Assembly (NCBI RefSeq): GCF_000568255.1
Contig: NZ_KK037166.1
Location: forward strand, 3,426,739 to 3,448,420
Reading direction: 5' to 3'
Length of the DNA stretch: 21,682 nt
From: Kutzneria sp. 744
Lineage (GTDB): Bacteria > Actinomycetota > Actinomycetes > Mycobacteriales > Pseudonocardiaceae
Every line of letters begins with the position of its first letter. Position 1 is the stretch's first letter. Of this stretch, positions 18,523 through 21,682 are shown one piece after another. Below the pieces are notes generated by a model, which searched no databases, was not told the origin of the DNA, and saw only the letters and a program-made list of their open reading frames with translations. The translations under genes were made by a program, and so were the position numbers.

Positions 18523-18548
18523 GGCCCCGGAGTCGAGGCTCCGGGGCC
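18523..18548. other. Perfect 10-bp stem hairpin (GGCCCCGGAG-tcgagg-CTCCGGGGCC) in the leader region of the regulator/kinase operon, downstream of the tRNA.
   Basis: Exact inverted repeat. No T-tract on either strand, so it is not a canonical intrinsic terminator. Confidence 0.4.
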
Positions 18549-18681
18549 GCCTATGCCGGACAATCAGACGCTGTACTTGTTGACCGGCCAGGGCTTGGGG
18601 GTGGGCTCTCCCCGAAGGAACAGCATGCCCGGGGTGAAAATCCTCATCGTCGTTCCTCCTTCCGAGGAAATGGCACACACG

Positions 18682-18753
18682 TCCGCCCGGCAGGAATCGA
18701 ACCTGCATTGCCGGCTTCGTAGACCGGTGTCGTGTCCGTTGGACCACAGGCGG
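18682..18753 (-). tRNA. tRNA-Arg (anticodon ACG), 72 nt. The 3'-CCA is not encoded.
   Basis: The reverse complement folds as a cloverleaf. Acceptor CCGCCTG/CGGGCGG (one G-U). D-arm GTCC-AACGGACA-CGAC. Anticodon arm CCGGT-CTACGAA-GCCGG. 4-nt variable loop. T-arm GCAGG-TTCGATT-CCTGC. Discriminator A. The D-loop 'CAACGGA' matches actinobacterial tRNA-Arg(ACG). Confidence 0.75.
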
Positions 18754-18975
18754 GAATAGAGAGAGATGAAGGGAATCGGTCGGGCCGCGTGGGACAGGGC
18801 CTTGTCCGCCCGAAGGCGTGAGCACCAGGGCAGCGGCCGTCACCGCTGCGGCCGGCCCCGTTGCCGGCCCTGCCATGCACGTCACGTGACCCGACCGACC
18901 CAGGGCCGCGTCACCGTGACGGTGCGCAGGCCTCCCATCGGCCGAGCATCCGGGAGAATCCGTTGCTCGCCATGG

Positions 18976-19007
18976 ACACAAGAATGCCCGGGTCTCGCGA
19001 CCCGGGC
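18976..19007 (-). terminator. Intrinsic terminator of pfkA: GCCCGGGTC-tcgc-GACCCGGGC hairpin followed on the minus strand by a TTCTTGTGT tract.
   Basis: Perfect 9-bp stem 30 nt downstream of the pfkA stop (19039-19037). A U-rich tract follows on the transcribed strand. Confidence 0.55.
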
Positions 19008-19036
19008 AATCTATTTACGCTATGAGAGTTCCCGGC

Positions 19037-20062
19037 TTAACCGAAGAAAACCTCAGCCTCCTGCAGACGCTCCGCCGGAACCGTCTTCAGCTCGGCGGTG
19101 GCCTCGGACAGCTTCACCCGCACGATGTCGGTGCCCTTGAGCGCGACCATCACGCCGAAGTCGCCGTCGTGGATGGCGTCCACCGCGTGCAGGCCGAACC
19201 GGGTGGCCAGGACGCGGTCGTAGGCGGTGGGGGTGCCGCCGCGCTGCACGTGGCCCAGGACGACCGCGCGGGACTCCTTGCCGGTGCGCTCGGCGATCTC
19301 CTCGGCCAGCCACTGGCCGATGCCGCCGAGGCGGACGTGGCCGAAGGCGTCCTTCTCACCGTTGTGCAGCGACTCGGCGCCACCCTCGGGCATCGCACCC
19401 TCGGCCACCACGATGATCGGCGCGTACTGGCGCTCGAAGCGCCGCTGCGTCCACTCGACGACCTTCTCCACGTTGAACTCACGCTCGGGCACCAGGATCA
19501 CGTTGGCGCCGCCGGCGATGCCCGAGTGCAGGGCGATCCAGCCGGCGTGGCGGCCCATGACCTCGACGACCAGCGCGCGGTGGTGGGACTCCGCGGTGGT
19601 GCGCAGGCGGTCCAGCGCCTCGGTGGCGATGTGCACCGCGGTGTCGAAACCGAAGGTGTAGTCGGTGGAGCCCAGGTCGTTGTCGATGGTCTTGGGCACA
19701 CCGACGACCGGGATGCCGTCGTCGGTCAGCCGCTTGGCCACGCCCAGCGTGTCCTCGCCGCCGATCGCGACCAACGCGTCGATCTTGTGCTGGGCCAGCA
19801 CCGCGCGGATCTTCTCGACACCCCCCTCTTCCTTGTAGGGGTTGGTGCGGGAAGAGCCCAGGATCGTGCCGCCGCGGGTCAGGATCTCCTCGACCTCGTC
19901 CAGACCCAGCTGCTTGGTCAGGCCTTCGATCGGGCCACGCCAGCCGTTGCGGAAGCCGATGACCTCCCAGCCGTGGGCCTCGATGCCCTTGCGGACAACG
20001 GCCCTGATCACCGCGTTCAGGCCCGGGCAGTCACCACCGCCGGTCAGCACACCGATGCGCAT
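19037..20062 (-). CDS. pfkA: 6-phosphofructokinase (PfkA family, actinobacterial ATP/PPi-type), 341 aa.
   Basis: ATG at 20062 with GAGAGAGG upstream. 'MRIGVLTGGGDCPGLNAVIRAVV', '...GGEDTLGVA...', 'MGRHAGWIAL' and 'GHVQRGG' are PfkA signatures. Stop TAA 19039-19037. Confidence 0.92.
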   Translation of the reverse strand: MRIGVLTGGGDCPGLNAVIRAVVRKGIEAHGWEVIGFRNGWRGPIEGLTKQLGLDEVEEILTRGGTILGSSRTNPYKEEGGVEKIRAVLAQHKIDALVAIGGEDTLGVAKRLTDDGIPVVGVPKTIDNDLGSTDYTFGFDTAVHIATEALDRLRTTAESHHRALVVEVMGRHAGWIALHSGIAGGANVILVPEREFNVEKVVEWTQRRFERQYAPIIVVAEGAMPEGGAESLHNGEKDAFGHVRLGGIGQWLAEEIAERTGKESRAVVLGHVQRGGTPTAYDRVLATRFGLHAVDAIHDGDFGVMVALKGTDIVRVKLSEATAELKTVPAERLQEAEVFFG

Positions 20063-20187
20063 CTGCTTGCCTCTCTCACAGGTCGGATAGATGTGGCCGG
20101 CGTCACTGGCGACCGCGTGTTACGAGAGCGTGTCATGCCCTGTATCGGTGCAGCAAGGCACCCCCGGAATTCTTCCCAGGGCGGTCG

Positions 20188-20691
20188 TCACCGCACGGCG
20201 TTGCCCCGGCGCAGCCGCTCGGCCTCCATGGCCTTCCAGCGGGCCAGGTTGTGCCGGGCGTCGGCCAGCGCGTCATGGGCGTCCGCCGGCGGCTGCGGCA
20301 GCTTCGGCCGCCCCAGGTCGTCCCAGCGTTGCCGCAGGTCACGGGTGAAACGAGGCAGCTCGCGGGGCAGCTCGGGCATCGCGCCCCACAGCTGCGCCAG
20401 CGCCACGTGGTCGTACGCGGCGAACCACGCCCACAGCTCCGCGCTCTCGCCGTTGGGACTGACGAAGTTCAGCAGCTCCTGACGCAGCCGGCCCCGGCTC
20501 ATCCACACCGGGCTGGCCGGCGGAGGCAGCTTGGGCAGCACGTTCTGGCGGACCCACTGGCCGGCCCGGTCCGGGTCGAACTCGGTGGACACGGCGTAGA
20601 ACTCGCGGCCTTCCTCGTCGACAACACCGATCGACACCAGGTCGATGGTGCGACCGTCCTCGATGAACTCGCAATCGTAGAAAAACCGCAC
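20188..20691 (-). CDS. 3'-5' exoribonuclease of the Rv2179c-like (DEDDh/RNase-T-like) family, 167 aa.
   Basis: GTG at 20691. 'RFFYDCEFIEDGRTIDLVSIGVVDEEGREFYAVSTEFDPDRAGQWVRQNVLPKLPPPAS...ELWAWFAAYDHVALAQLWG...HDALADARHNL' is near-colinear with M. tuberculosis Rv2179c as recalled. DEDDh Asp/Glu/His positions are present. Confidence 0.8.
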   Translation of the reverse strand: MRFFYDCEFIEDGRTIDLVSIGVVDEEGREFYAVSTEFDPDRAGQWVRQNVLPKLPPPASPVWMSRGRLRQELLNFVSPNGESAELWAWFAAYDHVALAQLWGAMPELPRELPRFTRDLRQRWDDLGRPKLPQPPADAHDALADARHNLARWKAMEAERLRRGNAVR

Positions 20692-20725
20692 GCCGTGCAG
20701 CGTAGGCGGTTTGCCCGAAGGGGCC

Positions 20726-21463
20726 TCAGCTGGGCACCTTGTCGGCGGGAGCGGCGTCGGCCGGCAGGCGCGGCGCGGGGGTGGTCACCGGCTTGGCCTC
20801 CTTGAGCTTGGCCGCGTAGATGTCCACGTACTCCTGGCCGGACAGCTCCATCAGGTCGTACATGACCTCGTCGGTGATCGAGCGCTCGATGAACCGGTCG
20901 CCGTCCATGCCGTGGTAGCGGGAGAAGTCCAGCGGCTTGCCGATCTTGATCCGGATCGGGTACGGGTACCACATCTTGGAGCCGATCGGATTGGCCTTGT
21001 CGGTGCCGAACATGGCCACCGGGATGATCGGCACCCCGGCCTCCAGCGCCACCCGGGCCATGCCGGTCTTGCCCTTGTACAGGCGGCCGTCCGGGGAGCG
21101 CGTGCCCTCCGGGTAGATGCCGACCAGCCCGCCCTCCTTGAGCAGGCGCACCAGCGTGTCGAGGGCGCCCTGCGCCGCCGCCGCGCCCGAGCGGTCGATC
21201 GGCACCTGGCCGACGCCGGTGAAGAACAGCCGCTTGAGCGCGCCCTTGACGCCCTTCTGCGTGAAGTAGTCGCTCTTGGCCGGGAACGTGATCCGCCGCG
21301 GCACCATCAGCGGCAGGAAGAACGAGTCGGAGACGGCGAGGTGATTGCTGGCCAGCAACGCGCCGCCGGTCTCGGGCACGTTCTCGAGGCCCTCGATCCT
21401 CGGCCGGAAGAACAGGCGCAGGACGGGCCCCAACAGGACGTACTTCATCACCCAGTACAGCAC
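20726..21463 (-). CDS. Lysophospholipid (1-acyl-sn-glycerol-3-phosphate) acyltransferase, PlsC family.
   Basis: GTG at 21463 has GAGGAGG 11 nt upstream (slightly long spacer; an internal ATG at 21448 is an alternative start). 'LLASNHLAVSDSFFLP' is the HX4D acyltransferase motif. 'GIYPEGTRS' is motif III. Stop TGA 20728-20726. Confidence 0.85.
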   Translation of the reverse strand: MLYWVMKYVLLGPVLRLFFRPRIEGLENVPETGGALLASNHLAVSDSFFLPLMVPRRITFPAKSDYFTQKGVKGALKRLFFTGVGQVPIDRSGAAAAQGALDTLVRLLKEGGLVGIYPEGTRSPDGRLYKGKTGMARVALEAGVPIIPVAMFGTDKANPIGSKMWYPYPIRIKIGKPLDFSRYHGMDGDRFIERSITDEVMYDLMELSGQEYVDIYAAKLKEAKPVTTPAPRLPADAAPADKVPS

Positions 21464-21682
21464 CGCGGCGTGCGCCTCCTCATGCCGATCCTGAGCGGAT
21501 CAGCCTACGGAGCGGCGGCCGGTCGGCACAACGAGCAACGCCACGCTCGGCCAGGCGGGCAGATAGTGATCGACGGAACGGCCCTTTCACGCGCACTCGT
21601 GCGAGGATGGAGTGACCACGCTTGTGGAGGCCGGGTGACTGGGCGAGGCAACACCGATGGACCGGAGGACGTCGACGCGGCG

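Noticed and set aside
18754-19036. ORF 18766-19140 (+) and 18644-18880 (-) in the tRNA-pfkA spacer.
   Set aside because: Arg/Pro/Cys-rich translations that overlap the tRNA or the pfkA terminator. The region is better explained as non-coding with palindromic motifs.
19022-20482. 486-aa plus-strand ORF antisense to pfkA and the exoribonuclease.
   Set aside because: Low-complexity translation. pfkA on the opposite strand is unambiguous.
21464-21682. Possible 5' end of a plus-strand gene (GGAGG-ccgg-GTG at ~21627-21638) at the window edge.
   Set aside because: Only 15 codons are visible and the SD spacing is short. No family evidence, so it cannot be supported from this window.

Overview
This is a high-GC (~70-72%) actinobacterial chromosomal window. 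I would guess Micromonosporaceae- or Streptomyces-like codon usage, but I cannot identify the taxon from sequence alone. Genes are densely packed on both strands. I call 21 protein genes, one decayed gene, and one tRNA. No transposase, integrase, CRISPR array or rRNA is visible.

Gene content, in order:
- The 3' end of a PASTA-domain Ser/Thr kinase gene, followed by a short NfeD-like gene and a flotillin gene.
- A broken FAD-dependent oxidoreductase gene.
- A minus-strand pair encoding a NOX/ferric-reductase-like flavocytochrome and a secreted FMN-binding protein, with a divergent small Cys-containing membrane protein.
- A TetR regulator divergent from a VOC/glyoxalase gene.
- An ECF sigma factor with a SnoaL-like C-terminal extension, divergent from a carboxymuconolactone-decarboxylase-family gene.
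- An orphan 99-codon ORF.
- A four-gene minus-strand carbohydrate operon: DUF2891-like protein, PfkB kinase, D-2-hydroxyacid dehydrogenase, FGGY kinase.
- A class II DAHP synthase, a small membrane protein, and a two-component system (OmpR-family regulator plus histidine kinase).
- tRNA-Arg(ACG), then pfkA, an Rv2179c-like 3'-5' exoribonuclease, and a PlsC-like acyltransferase.

Most unusual observations:
- A ~275-bp low-GC block lies where the central third of the FAD-oxidoreductase gene should be.
- Three single-base frameshifts at G/C homopolymers are confined to the flotillin/FAD-oxidoreductase region.
- A NOX-like/FMN-binding pair is a candidate trans-membrane flavin electron-transfer module.
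- The sugar operon has two kinases and an uncharacterised DUF2891-like member.
- An ECF sigma/CMD pair has a candidate ECF41-type promoter.
- There are perfect palindromic operator-like sites and degenerate tandem repeats in convergent intergenic DNA.

All coordinates were derived by hand from the printed sequence. Product calls rest on recognisable motifs and domain order, not on database searches.
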